A stretch of 64,000 nucleotides of DNA from Octopus vulgaris (Eukaryota): positions 136,090,001 through 136,154,000 of the forward strand of contig OX597814.1 in NCBI GenBank assembly GCA_951406725.2, written 5' to 3'. This document shows positions 23,257 through 36,645 of this stretch, one piece after another. The position numbers and the translations under genes were made by a program. Each line of letters begins with the position of its first letter. Within the stretch, counting starts at the first letter, position 1. The notes under the pieces were generated by a model that searched no databases, had not been told where the DNA came from, and was given only the letters and a program-made list of their open reading frames with translations.

Positions 23257-26200
23257 TAACTTAGAATAACTTAGAAAGGTTTTTGGCCAGTATTGGCCCA
23301 GGCCATGTCTAACTTAATAGCACCACCTGGCGAAGTCTTTCAGTTCAGGATTTGGGCACCAAGGCCCATTCGAGCAGAGAGTTATTGTTTGCGGAGACAT
23401 ATCCGGGTGTGGATGGTTTGTCCGGTACTGTTTGAAGGAATTTGTCCAAAGACTTCTTGAATTTTGTGTGGTCAGTTTCTTTTTTGACGTGTCCTGGTGT
23501 AATGTTGAAGAGAGCGGGTCCAATTGAGGTGAAATAGTTGTGCCGTATTGTCGTTATGTGATGCGATTTAGATTTTTGTTGTGGACGGATGGCACGTGGT
23601 CCAAGCCTTGGATGCATTTTGAAGGTGATGCCAACATCATTCGGACAGTGCTGATGGAATATTTTCCACATCATACAGATAATGTAGCGTTCACGGCGTC
23701 GTTGGAGTGAATACAATTTCAGCTTCTCTAGTCTACCCCAGTAGTCAAGGTCTGACATGCCATCTATCTTTTTTGTGATTGACCTTTGGGGAGCTTCAAT
23801 TCTCATAATATTTTGTTTTGTGTAGGGAGACCACAGTGGACAGCAGTATTCAAGGTGGGGTCGGGCAAAAGTGGAGAAGAGAAGGATAATAGCGTGGGAA
23901 TCTCTCGACTGGAAGGTTCTGAGAATCCAGGAACACATTCTGCGGGCCATGTCAACTTTGCTGCTTATATGTGTAGCCCAGCTTATGTTGTTGTCCACTG
24001 TTACTCCCAGGTCTCTGATGTTGTTGGATGCCATGAGAATTTCTCCAGAAGGAAGAGAGTATGGGAGTTTCAGAGCGTCCTCCCTTCCAAAGTGGATCAG
24101 TTCGAATTTGTCTTCATTTAGCAACATGTTATTCTTTTCCGCCCATTGGACAACAGCCAGTAGGTCTGACTGAAGGTTTATTCGGTCATCCACGCCATTG
24201 ATGACCTTCTGGAGCTTGGAATCATCAGCGAAGGTTCTGATGTTGCTGTGTTTGATGGTGTCAGTAATATCATTTATGTAGATGATGAAGAGAAGTGGGC
24301 CCAACACAGTGCCTTGTGGGACACCACTGCTGACTTTGGCTGGGCTGGATTTGACTCCTTCGACTACAACATGTTGGGTTCTGTTAGAGAGGAAGCACTT
24401 GATCCATTGCAGCAGCTTTCCAGTGACACCAATATTGGACAGCTTTCTCAGAAGGATCTTATGATCAACCCTGTCAAAGGCCTTGCTGAAATCAAGGTAG
24501 ATGACATCAGTGTTGGAACCCTCTCCCAAGGCTCTCAAAATGTCATCAAAATGATGCAGTAGCTGCGTCAGGCAATCTCTCCCATTACGGAATCCATGCT
24601 GGTTGGGGTTCAGCATATTATGACTCTCAAGGAAGTAAGTCATACGCGATCTCAGCACCCTCTCAAATACCTTGATGATATGAGAGGTGAGTGAGATTGG
24701 ACGGTAATTCACGGCAAGCGATTTGTTTCCTTTTTTGAAAACTGGGACAACAGACTGGGATAGAAGGTCTTCTGGTATATATCCAGCATCCAATGAGTTC
24801 CGCCACAGACTGGCTAGAGGGGGTGCAAGTTGGTTTTGACACATCTTCAAGACACAAGCAGGGAACCTATCGGGACCTACTGCTGAATTATGCTTCATTT
24901 CCTTTATTGCTGCTAAGACATCAGGAGCGCCAAATGTTATGTCCGATAAAGTGTATTGGGGAGTAACATCACTGATACAGCCCAGATCAGTCATATCAGG
25001 ATTGCTGAAAACAGAGCAATATTGTTTCTGCAATATTTCTCCCATGGTTTTGGCATTGTCTTGAAGAATATCATTTTCATCAATCAGAGGGCCAACAGTA
25101 GAACCAGTGACTCTGTGTTTTTTTTTTTGCAAATGAAAAGAACACTTTGGGATTGAGTTTGATCTTCTCAATGGCCCAGGCCTCTTCAGCTCTTCGCTGA
25201 CTATTGATGATAGACATCATGTTGTTTTGGAGTTTATGTTTTTTAATCTCTAGCGACGAGATGGCAGTCAGGTTGGTGTGTTGCTGTTGACAGTATTTCA
25301 GCATGTTGATCTTTTTGTTGATTCTTTTAATTTTCCTTATGAGAGATTTTCTATTTCTAGGGATTCGACACTTAGATTTGTTTGCAGATCTTAATGGGGT
25401 GTGTCTTGCACATATGTTCGTGATGGTGTCTACAAGTGACTGCCAGGACTTTTTGATGTTAGTGGGTGTGTATGTGTGCGTGAAGGACCAATCGACTTGT
25501 GCAAGATCATTATTGATCGCTTCCCAGTTTGCATTGTGGAAATCCATAGTGTCAAATGGATGAACAGGAGGGATGACATTTGTTTTGCATTTTGGCCAGT
25601 GAAATCTCAGATCACAGAGAACCATGTCATGGTCGGAGAGTAGGGTTTTCTCCACTGCAATATTGTGGATAGTATCAGTGTGATTGCTGAAAATTAAGTC
25701 TAAGACGTTTTTGTGACATCTCGTTGGTTCGAGTACCAGTTGGGACAAGAAGAAGTCATCCATGAAGTCAAGAAGCGATTCCACTGCCTCCCTGTCAGGG
25801 GTTGAGAGAGAAGAACCTGGCGGCAGACTGTTTGTAGACCAGTCAACCCCGGGAAGGTTGAAATCTCCCATCATTAAAATGTTGTCAGGTTGACACTGCT
25901 GAATGAAACACTTTATGCTGTTGAGGCATTCCTTGAAGCATGGTAGGGGCGTTTGGGGTGGTCTGTAGAGCCCAACTACTGTTAAGTTGTTGGTTTGACT
26001 GAATACAGCGACTGCTTCGCAGTATCCATTCGAAAATATGTTCATGGCTTCTGTTGAGAATGAATCATGGACATAAATGGCAGTCCCACCCTTTCTTCTG
26101 CCAACACGATCAGCACGAATGGTTTTTAAATTTTTAACTTTCACCTCGGCTTCCAAGTGGAGGTCACTAAGATGGGTTTCAGTGAGGACGAAGAAAGGGA

Positions 26201-26383
26201 TGTGGTTTGGATGGGGCTCGACCCAGTCCTCCAGGAATCTTATCTTCCATTTTTGTGTATTGGTGGAAGGGCTGATGCCTTGGGCATTAAGCAGAAATGT
26301 TGAGGCGAGAGTGGATGGTTTTAATTGTTTTGGTGATTTGTTTATTTGATTGCTTTTTAATGGCATGTGTAGTGGGGTAATAG
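23257..26383 (-). mobile_element. CR1-group LINE, 5'-truncated just upstream of ORF2, with intact 3' end
   Basis: It has an APE endonuclease plus RT ORF, a short 3'UTR with a GGCCA-ATAC-TGGCC hairpin and a terminal tandem repeat (TTCTAAGTTA)x2 at 23257-23276. Both ends abut TA/TATG microsatellite. Confidence 0.93.
23345..26366 (-). pseudogene. LINE ORF2 (endonuclease-reverse transcriptase) with one frameshift in an A11 run
   Basis: EN motifs LNAQGI, LTETHL, GDFNLP, LDLIFSN and SDH are present, as are RT motifs NYRPISLT, QHGFR, YLDFSKAFDRV, GVPQGTVLGP, FADD and DLGV. Removing one base from T11 (25118-25128) fuses the 428-aa and 608-aa ORFs into about 1006 aa. Confidence 0.9.
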
Positions 26384-26524
26384 TATATATATATGTATAT
26401 ATATATGTATGTATATATATATGTATGTATGTATGTATATATATATATGTATATGTATATATATATGTATATATATATATGTATATATATATGTATATAT
26501 ATATATGTATATATATATGTATAT

Positions 26525-26580
<56 letters not shown>

Positions 26581-26609
26581 GTATATATATATGTATATAT
26601 ATGTATGTG

Positions 26610-26656
<47 letters not shown>

Positions 26657-26838
26657 GTATGTATATATGTATGTATGTATATATGTATGTTTATATATAT
26701 GTATGTATATATGTATGTATGTATGTATATATGTATGTATGTATATATGTATGTATGTATATATGTATGTATGTATATATGTATGTATGTATGTATGTAT
26801 ATATGTATGTATGTATATATGTATGTATGTATATATAT
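26384..26838. repeat. (TA)/(TATG) microsatellite array
   Basis: Seen directly in the sequence. Confidence 0.95.
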
Positions 26839-26844
26839 TTTAAC

Positions 26845-27043
26845 TTTTTACTTGTTTCAGTCATTTGACTGCGGCCATGCTGGAGCACCGCCTTTAGTTG
26901 AGCAACTCGACCCCGGAACTTATTCTTTGTAAGCCCAGTAGTTATTCTATCGGTCTGTTTTGCCGAACCGCTAAGTGACGGGGACATAAACACACAAGCA
27001 TCGGTTGTCAAGCAATGCTAGGGGGACAAACACAGACACACAA

Positions 27044-27099
<56 letters not shown>

Positions 27100-27225
27100 G
27101 ACGGGCTTCTTTCAGTTTCCGTCTACCAAATCCACTCACAAGGCTCTGGTCGGCCTGAGGCTATAGTAGAAGACAACTGCCCAAGATGCCACGCAGTGGG
27201 ACTGAACCCGGAACCATGTGGTTGG
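26845..27225 (-). mobile_element. SINE family 1 copy embedded in microsatellite
   Basis: Near-identical to 16174-16525, with the head replaced by a TATG array. Confidence 0.85.
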
Positions 27226-27750
<525 letters not shown>

Positions 27751-28620
27751 ATATCATCATCATCGTTTAACGTCCGTTCTCCATGCTAGCATGGATTGAA
27801 CGGAATATATATATATATATATATATGTATTTGAGCAGGCATTCCTACTCAATACTCATAACATAGCTGAATGCCTGTCATTTTCCCATCAGACACCATG
27901 GAGTCATGAAATTACTCCTCAAACATTGTAAAATATATAAACAAAACAAAATAAAATAAAATAAAATAAAATAAAATATAAACAAAAAAATAAATAAAAG
28001 AAACAATTGAGAAACAATTCTGTATCAAAATCTGAAAAGTAATTGCAGCCAATTTCTGACTGATACATGGTAAGATTTTGTGAGACTTGTTACTTTAATA
28101 TAGCATACTATTACGCAATAGTAATTAGTACAAAAGGTTGTAGTCTAGACTTTTAATTATTGCTACCACTAAGTGTTGACTGGGAATGCTTTTAATTGGC
28201 TTCAGTTTTCATCAAAACTAATTACAACCGATGGTCAAGTGATAGAAGTTAGCCAATGATACAATCTTGATATTAAACTACCGTTCTTCATGGTCTGAGT
28301 GGTTTCCACTGACTTACTATATGAGTCAACACTTCAGCAGACGTCTAGATATATCTGAATCACTTCAACTTGACAATTCTAGCAGGTTGGGGAGGAAAAA
28401 AAAAAAAAAGAAAGGATAAATAAATAAAAATCAACAAATAAATCTTAGAAATTCCATTTATTTAAAACACTACAAATTTATCAAGAAAAAAAAATTTTTT
28501 TTTTAATGTCTAGACATTCAATTAGGGTAATGCTGGCATTTGTTGAAGAACATTATTAGTTTCAATTAGGATACAGAGTGACCATTGTCAAGAGGAATTA
28601 TATATATATGTATATATACA

Positions 28621-28675
<55 letters not shown>

Positions 28676-28724
28676 ATATATACGCGCATACATATATACA
28701 TATGTACACACATGTACACTCACA

Positions 28725-29345
28725 CACGAGGGTTCAAAGTTCATAGGCTGACAATGAAGGAATGATGCTTGAGTTATGAAATCTTGCACGCATCAATTTC
28801 AACCTGTCTTATTAATAACTACATTGTTTCTTTCCAGGTAAACTGACACCCGATCCTTCAAAGAAGACATCAAAAGTAATTAGTAGCGACTTCTCTTAAA
28901 AATGGACAAAATTTGGCATCCTGGTGTTATCAAGTATCTATTGGAAAAGAGTTTAGCTCCCAAGGACAACACTGCAAAATTGGGCAGCTGAATTCAGGAT
29001 GGGAAGGTGGAGTCTTGAAGATGACCCCAAGGTTTGGACATCCTGCAAATGCCATCACTAAGGAAAACATTGTTTTCACTACATAGTGATGGACGACAAT
29101 CAAACAGCCAATGCTAGTAACTTATCCCGCAAGACAGTTGAGAATATTCTGTCAATGAACTTGGCATGATGAAGGTTCCTGCTTGGCAGGTGCCACATTT
29201 TCTGACACCTGATTGACTACATCAAAGGAAAATCTGACATTGTTTCAGGCAGATCCTGCTGGTTTCCTTGAATGTTTCCTAACTCAAGATGAGTGTGGGT
29301 TCATCATTTTTAGCCAGAGACAAAGAGACAATCCATGAAGTGGAA
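28725..29345 (+). mobile_element. Decayed mariner transposon (5' end and N-terminal transposase)
   Basis: From ATG at 28902, across frameshifts, it reads MDKIWHPGVIKYL..WAAEFRMGRWSLEDDP..LGMMKVPAWQVPHFLT..FLTQDE..VHHF*PETKRQSMKW. This includes the mariner WVPHxLT-like and TxDE motifs. A TIR-like CGAGGG..CAAAGTT marks the 5' end. Confidence 0.85.
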
Positions 29346-30497
29346 CCCAATGAATTCCAGATCCAAAAGAAGAAAAAAACTAATCATAGGACACTTTAAT
29401 ATTCCACATATATGGCTTATCAAATGGAGGAAACTGCAAAGTTGTATTCTAGAAAACATAAAACTCCATTGTAACATCAGTTAGACATGTTGTTGTTTAT
29501 CCCTGACTGAGCAGGTGTCACTTAAAACTATTCTATTAGTGACCGTTCCATTTGACTTCTGAAGTACAGTGAACCGAGGACCACATGACCCAAAGTGTTC
29601 TTCTTTGTAAAAGTGGCAGGATGTGATTTAACCCTTTTGATACCAATCTGCCTGAGACTGCCCTTAGTTTCCATAATACAAACTTCCCATTTTGAAGTTG
29701 ATCTAAATAAAAACCCTCCGTCAAAATTTCACATTAATTTATGTCTCAACTATTAACTTAATGATTTCATTATTTTCAAAATTAATTTAAAGACAGTGTA
29801 TTTCAGTGGAAATATGGCAATGAAAGAGTTAAGAAAGGTTTGATTGCTATTAACAATCCCACTGGTCACAGCTGCACTGTGAAGGTCATGTGCACTTCTC
29901 CTCCTCCTCATAAAGCAAAACAACAAAGGTGTGCAATAGTAGACTTTACACAGCTTTGCCAGCAGCGGTTGGATGTGAAATAGGTTAACCCATATAACAG
30001 TTAGAATAACAAACAAGTTAACAGTCATAGTGTTTCTATTAGTGTTGTTATTTAACCCCCCAGGATAATCCTAATCTAACAAATCTTTGATCAAAGGCAT
30101 TTCAACCTCGATTGTCCTGTCATTTTCCTATGTGCAAGGGAATTCAGGGTCATCTTGACCCTTTTTTAAGACAGTAAGCAATCGTTTGAGAGCGATTTGA
30201 TTGTTATTTCTAGCAGGTTAACAGATCACATAGAAACTCACTTGTTACTGACTTGTTATACGGAGATAGTCAACTCACCAAAAGTCATGTTTGTTATACA
30301 ACTTTGACTCTCATTTGAAATATTTCATGTAATTTGCGCCTCATGTTTCTTCTGGTTAGACAGCTGGAATCTCTCAGTTAAAATGTCTTTTAATACATTA
30401 TTTAGTTGTTGTTTTGCTCCAAGTCAGAACCAATAATTGTGTTCCAGATACCGTGACCATACCATCTTTTGGACACTTAGGACTGCATTATCTAATG

Positions 30498-30829
30498 CAG
30501 TGATTCTCAACGGGAATGGGGGTCCATATAAGATTTGGGAGGCTCCATGCAACAAATTGGTAAATTGCCCACAATAATATTTTAAGGGCCCATGAAAAAT
30601 TTTTTGTTTTAGATATGTATTGGTATGTATTGCAAGAAACAGCTAGATTTCTTTCTCCAACATTTTAAATAGTCCAGCTTTCACAAGTTAATGTGTGAAA
30701 AACAAAATAGGAATTTTGAAAGAAGTTTCTAAAAAATTAGTTTTTAAACATCAAATAGCTATGGGGTCTACCAGAATAGAATAGTAATCAAAGGGGTCCA
30801 TAGATAAAAAGAATAGTTGAGAACCCCTG
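30498..30829. mobile_element. hAT-type MITE
   Basis: TIRs are CAGTGATTCTCAAC and GTTGAGAACCCCTG with GGGGTCC subterminal motifs. An inverted homologue lies at about 42830-43157. Confidence 0.75.
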
Positions 30830-33800
30830 TTTCTGTTGAAACATACTGCCTTTTTTCACTTAATTTTGAAAATAATGAAGAATTCAGTAAAATAACTTTG
30901 TCGTTATTAAGCTGGTATTTGGGAAATAATTTAACACAAAATTTTAATGGAAGGTTTTAATTTGGATCACTTCAAAACATGAACCTTATAGCATAGAACC
31001 AAGGATGGTCTCAGGTAAGTTAGAATCACAAGGGTTAAGACATTGAGGTGGTGTTTAAGGGTGATCTGATTATTTCTAGCAGATCAAAATGACCAGGTAT
31101 TAGCTCCCATGTTAGCTTACATTCCTAATGAAGAGGGCAAAAGTAGAATAGGACAACAGACTTTTGGCACCATAGCAATAATACTTATTTCCTCTATTTT
31201 TCTGCAGCAGCTGGTGTTTTTAACAGACCTAACTAGTGATCAAATTTATATATTTTCAGCACTTGTTGATTAACCTTTGGTTAAGCTCACATTAGCACTG
31301 ATTGATCTAATCTGTGAGGAAAGGCAATCAAACCATGACCATCTGGAGATGCTAGGTGAGCACTGCATTTCCACCAAAGATGGTAAATACGTCATTAAGT
31401 ATTAAGATCACTTAATAATATAAGCGCAGTAAAGTGGTTGGCATTTAGAAGGTCATCCAGCTGTAAAAACCATGCCAAAACTGACCTTGCCTGTGCAGGT
31501 GCCACATAAAAAGTACTCAGTCCACTCTGCAGAGTGGTTGGTGTTAGGAAGGGCATCCAGCCATAAAAACCCTGTCAAAACAAACACAGTAGTCTGGTGT
31601 AGTCTTCAACCTGGCTGGCTCCTGTCAAACTATCCAACCTATGCCTGCATGGAAGACAAATGTTAAACGATGATGATGATCTTAATGAGGAAACTCATCT
31701 TTTCTGTTCCCTGAAATATCAAGGTAGCAGTTCTGAAATTGTTATGGATGTGACTTTAGCCCTTTAGTGTTTAAACCAGCCATATCTGACCCAAATATTT
31801 TACTTGTTTTATGTTAAAACCAGCTAGATCTGGTCTCTCACACCTATCTTACAATGCTTGATTAATTTAAAACAATGTCAATGAATAGGCATTACATTTG
31901 ACAGAGTAATCTGAATGCTAAAGAGTATAAACTGCATCTGGTAATGAGGCCCTCGTTCAGGAGTTTCAGGGTTTTGAGGGGTGTGGAATCACCTATTAGC
32001 TACTACTGTTCTCAGGTTCACTTTGACCCAGAGCAGAAGCAGATGTCAGGATCTGAGCCAAGGTATGTTGGAATGATGGGATGCAGCACAGTGGATGTGA
32101 GTTATTTCAGTAAATAAACTTATTGGATTAATGGCGAATATTACTAGATGCTGACTAGATGAACAGACAATAAACTATCCATGGCCAGGATCAACCAGTT
32201 CAGTTGGCGAACTATTGCTGTTATTTGTAGTGGTGGCAGTGGTGTGCACAGATGAGATATTTCAGCTAATGCAAGACTAATGTGACTAAAACTAAGACCA
32301 GGCATTCATGCTGCATTGCTCATTCAGGACACCTGGTGAGGAAAAGTTACATTGGCCCAGGTAAGTCAATCAACAGTATGATGATTATGTTAGGCGATAG
32401 TACAGTACACCTTACAGCTTGTTGTACTGTGACATAATACTTGACCAATGATGGATTAACTAGATGGAGAAAAGATTAAGGCTCACAGGTAAGTGAATTT
32501 ACACCAGCACACATATTTTGTTCTCATAGCGAGATGGTGTATTATTCTTTTTATTCTTCTATTTGTTTCAGTCATTTGACTGTGGCCATGCTAGAGCACC
32601 ACCTTAAATGTTATTTTTTAGTTGAAGAAACCGACCCCAGGACTTATTCTTTGTAAACCTAGTACTTATTCTATTGGATCTCTTTTGCTGACCCACTAAG
32701 ATACAGGGACATAAACATACCAACATCAGTTGTTAAGCGATGAGGGGGGGGCAAAGACAGACACAAAGACACACACATACATATCACAGGCTTCTTTCAG
32801 TTTCTGTGTACCAAATTCACTCACAAGGTTTTGGTTGGCCCAAGGTTATAGTAGAAAACACTTGGCCAAGGTGCCACATAGTGGGACTGAACCCGGAGCG
32901 AAGTGGTTGGGAAGCAAGCTTCTTACCACACAACCACACAAATACCTGTATGTAATAAATTTGTTGAAAATTCATTTATTGAAACTAATTTCATTGTTGT
33001 TGCCATTTTAACATCTACTTTTCCACACTTGCATGGAACAGACAAAAGTCTGTGAGGGCAGAGTTTTCTCCAGTCATATATTCTTGTTGTCAATCTCAAA
33101 CCCACCTCCACCTGTTTCTAAGCGAATTAATAATATCAGTCTACCAAACAACAAACATGTTTTCTGTGGAGAACCAAAAACAAATGTCACCATATATATT
33201 TACAAAGATTGCACAACATATCACGTCACGTCAAGAAGCCTGGACACGTTTTCATGGTGAACTGCAAGCAAATGACGCAGTCAGTAGGCTGTTGTTTACA
33301 AACCAGTAAATGTGAGGGAAATATGAACTCATCATGATATAATTGGCACATAATTTGTTACCAAATCTCATAACACACACTTAGAAACAAAAATAAGTTA
33401 GGAACTGTTGATGTGTCAGTATCATCTGTTGTCCACAGTAGTTGATTTTTAACATTTGATGAGGCAAAATTTATTAATGCTTATCTTAAAACTGCTTGTA
33501 TTGTTTACAGTACAGAAGTAAGTGTGGTTGTGTGGTTAAGAAGCTTGCTTCCCAACATGGTTTGGGGTTCGGTCCCACTGCGTAGCACCTTGTGCAAATG
33601 TCTTCTACTGTAGATTTGGGCCGACCAAAGCCCTGTGAGTAGATTTGGTAGATGGAAACTGAAAGAAGCCCACTGTGTATATGTATATATATTTATCTAA
33701 GTGTGTCTTTGTCCCCCTACCCCACCACTACTTAAAAACCGGTGCAAGATGTTTACACCCCCATAACCTAGCAGTTTGGTGAAAGAGAACAGTAGAATAA

Positions 33801-36200
33801 GTAACAGGCTTTAAAAGAAAAAAGATAGTACTGGGGTTGATACAATTGACTAAAACTTTTCCAAGGTGGTGCCTCAGCATAGCCACAGTTTAATGACTGA
33901 AAGAGGTAAAGAAGGATATTAAATGCCTTTTATCTATTACTGTAAATCCATGGGTTGATATGCTTGTAGTGAGGACCTCATACAACAAGAAAAAGCTTCA
34001 TGTTTCTTTGGTTTCATAAGAACCTATCACAGGACAATATGCTGCCAATAAATCAAAGCTACTGGTGATAAACATGCCTTTTTCATTTTTTAATTAAGAT
34101 GTCTCTGGGGCTGTTTGGCTGATATGTCTAGCAAGTGAAGTGACTGCATGGCAATGCCACTGGTATTTCTGTTTCACACCTGTAACACTCACCATCTAAC
34201 AAGTCTTTACTGGTTGGGTAAACTACTGAGTGAAGTAGCCCAACAAAACAATGTTCTGAAATTAGAAACCAATACTGTGTTTGAGCGAACAACAAAGCAG
34301 CATACGTTTTTCTGATGGCAACTTGCTTGAATTATTAGAGCCAGGTGGAGGGAAAGGGTTTTCAAAAACAAGGGGTACTGACAGGCAACAAAGCTACTTC
34401 ACTATCAGCTAACTACAACTACTACTCAACTTTCCCACCCACACGTGAACATACATATATGTATAAATATATGTATGTATATATAATCTTATAATGTCAT
34501 GAATTCCATTAAAACTTCCTCACAATGTCAGTGCTAATAAATTCTGCCCACGTCTTACAAGTATTCCTCATTCTAACAGACATCATTATCACAGATTTCA
34601 TACATAACTTCCACACATGTCTCTAAACCAATTTCAGCGCAGGCTGTTATTCAAGAACTTTTAAACAGCTGGTCTTCTACTTCTTAGCAGTGAGGAGTTT
34701 TGTTCTAATACTTCTAAATATCCTTGGAATAATATTTCACACCTGTAGGGAGTTCAAGGGCACACACTAGGCAGAATCAAGGTAAAAGGAAAAAAAAATA
34801 AAGAAATCTAGTATGAAGCAGACGTATATGCATTAGGGTGAATTAGAGGCATATTTTCGATGAACCAGAGGTACATTTTAGAATGAATAAAAGTTACCAA
34901 AAGATATGATGCCAGCAATTGATGAATTCAATGACACATTATTAAAACATCTACAGCTGTTGCCAACAGATGTAATTTACATAACATTTAGTGCAAATTC
35001 AATTAACAGCTCGCTATTGTACTCAGTTACTTTACTTCTACTTTCATGTAGTGAATATAAGGCACTGAGAGAGCCTCTTTTTAGTCATGCAACCTGCTAA
35101 AAATAGCAGCCAAATTGCCATCAAATTATACCTGACAATCTTAGGTAAAGGAGATATTGAACTATGTAGAACATAATATGCAACACTGTAAAAACCAATT
35201 TACTCACTCCTCTGTTGGGCAGGCAAAGTTTGCTATTAACCTACTAGAGTAAATTTACTTCAGTCTGGGAACCTCTGCTTTACAAAATCCATAGTACTGC
35301 TTGAGTATCTTGAAAAACATGTTTAGGTGCTACAGCCATGTAAAAGCACCCATGCCGGTGCCATGGGAAAGTCCCATGCTGGTGCTACATAGAAGCACCT
35401 GTGCTGGTGCCTGTAAAAATGCCCAAGCTGGTACCATATAAAAGTGCCTGTATTGGTGTCATGTAAAAGCACCTAGCACAATCTGTCAAGTGGTTGGCAT
35501 TAGGAAGGGCATCCAGTCCTAGAAACCATATCCTAGACAAATGGAGCCCAGGCAGCTCTTTAGCTGGCCAACTCCTGTCAAACCGTCCAACCCATGCTAG
35601 CATGGAGAATGGACATTAAATGAGGATGGTAAATATGATCAAAACTTCCCATGCAATATGTACAAGTTATTTCATTTTTTTAATTTGATCTTCAAATGTA
35701 TATTGTATGGATGTTAGACAATGGACAGTAAAAGCAACCAAAAAAAAAAAAACCCCTCAAAACACTGAGATGAAATTGTTGGCATTTAGAATGAGATGCT
35801 TTTGCCAAATTTCTGGCATTACATGGAGGGCCTACTGGACAACCAGTCAGTCTTAGAATGACTTAATGTGCTGGTTAGAAAGAGAGAATGACTTACAGAT
35901 AAAACAAGAAAATGCAGTGGTTTGGTTATATTGGCAGAATGACTGGACTACTTGCAAATCCACACATATTTGGGTAAAATAGAAGGTAAAAAGAGAGTGA
36001 CTAAAGGGACTGGTTCAAGGATACTGAGATGTAGACAGGGGAAGAGAATATCAGAATATATTATAAAGAAAGCCCATGATTGAAGTAGGTAGAAAATATT
36101 GGTGTAAAAAAAGTTCAAGTTTTCCAATGGCAGAAATATTTTGAGAATGACTTGACTTGGCATCAGAAAATCAAGAAGATTTATAGCCATTGCCTTAGAC

Positions 36201-36446
36201 CAGCGTTTCTCAACCAGGATTCCCTGGAACCCTTGGGTTCTGCAAAAAGGTTCCTAGGAGTTCCATGAGAAAAAGTGAGACAAGCTAATGCTAATTTTAT
36301 GATCATAATATTACTATATATGCACAACATATTATTGGTTATTGTAATATTGTAATATAGACATCATCCTATCTAACCTATTACATTATCAAAAAAATAT
36401 AACAACCATTGGGGATATATTTAGTGATGTCTGTAATTTGTGGACA

Positions 36447-36516
<70 letters not shown>

Positions 36517-36645
36517 ATTTACCATGTGAACTACAATGAAAAAATATGAGAAAGATACGGCATATAATTTTTTGTGTGCAGGGGTTCCTTGAGACATGTA
36601 ATTTATTTTAAGGCTACGCAAGGGTAAAAAGGTTGAGAAACACTG
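36201..36645. mobile_element. hAT (Charlie-like) MITE with perfect 8-bp TSD
   Basis: TIRs are CAGCGTTTCTCAACC and GGTTGAGAAACACTG. The TSD CCTTAGAC occurs at 36193-36200 and 36646-36653. It contains an internal (TA)n. Confidence 0.9.
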
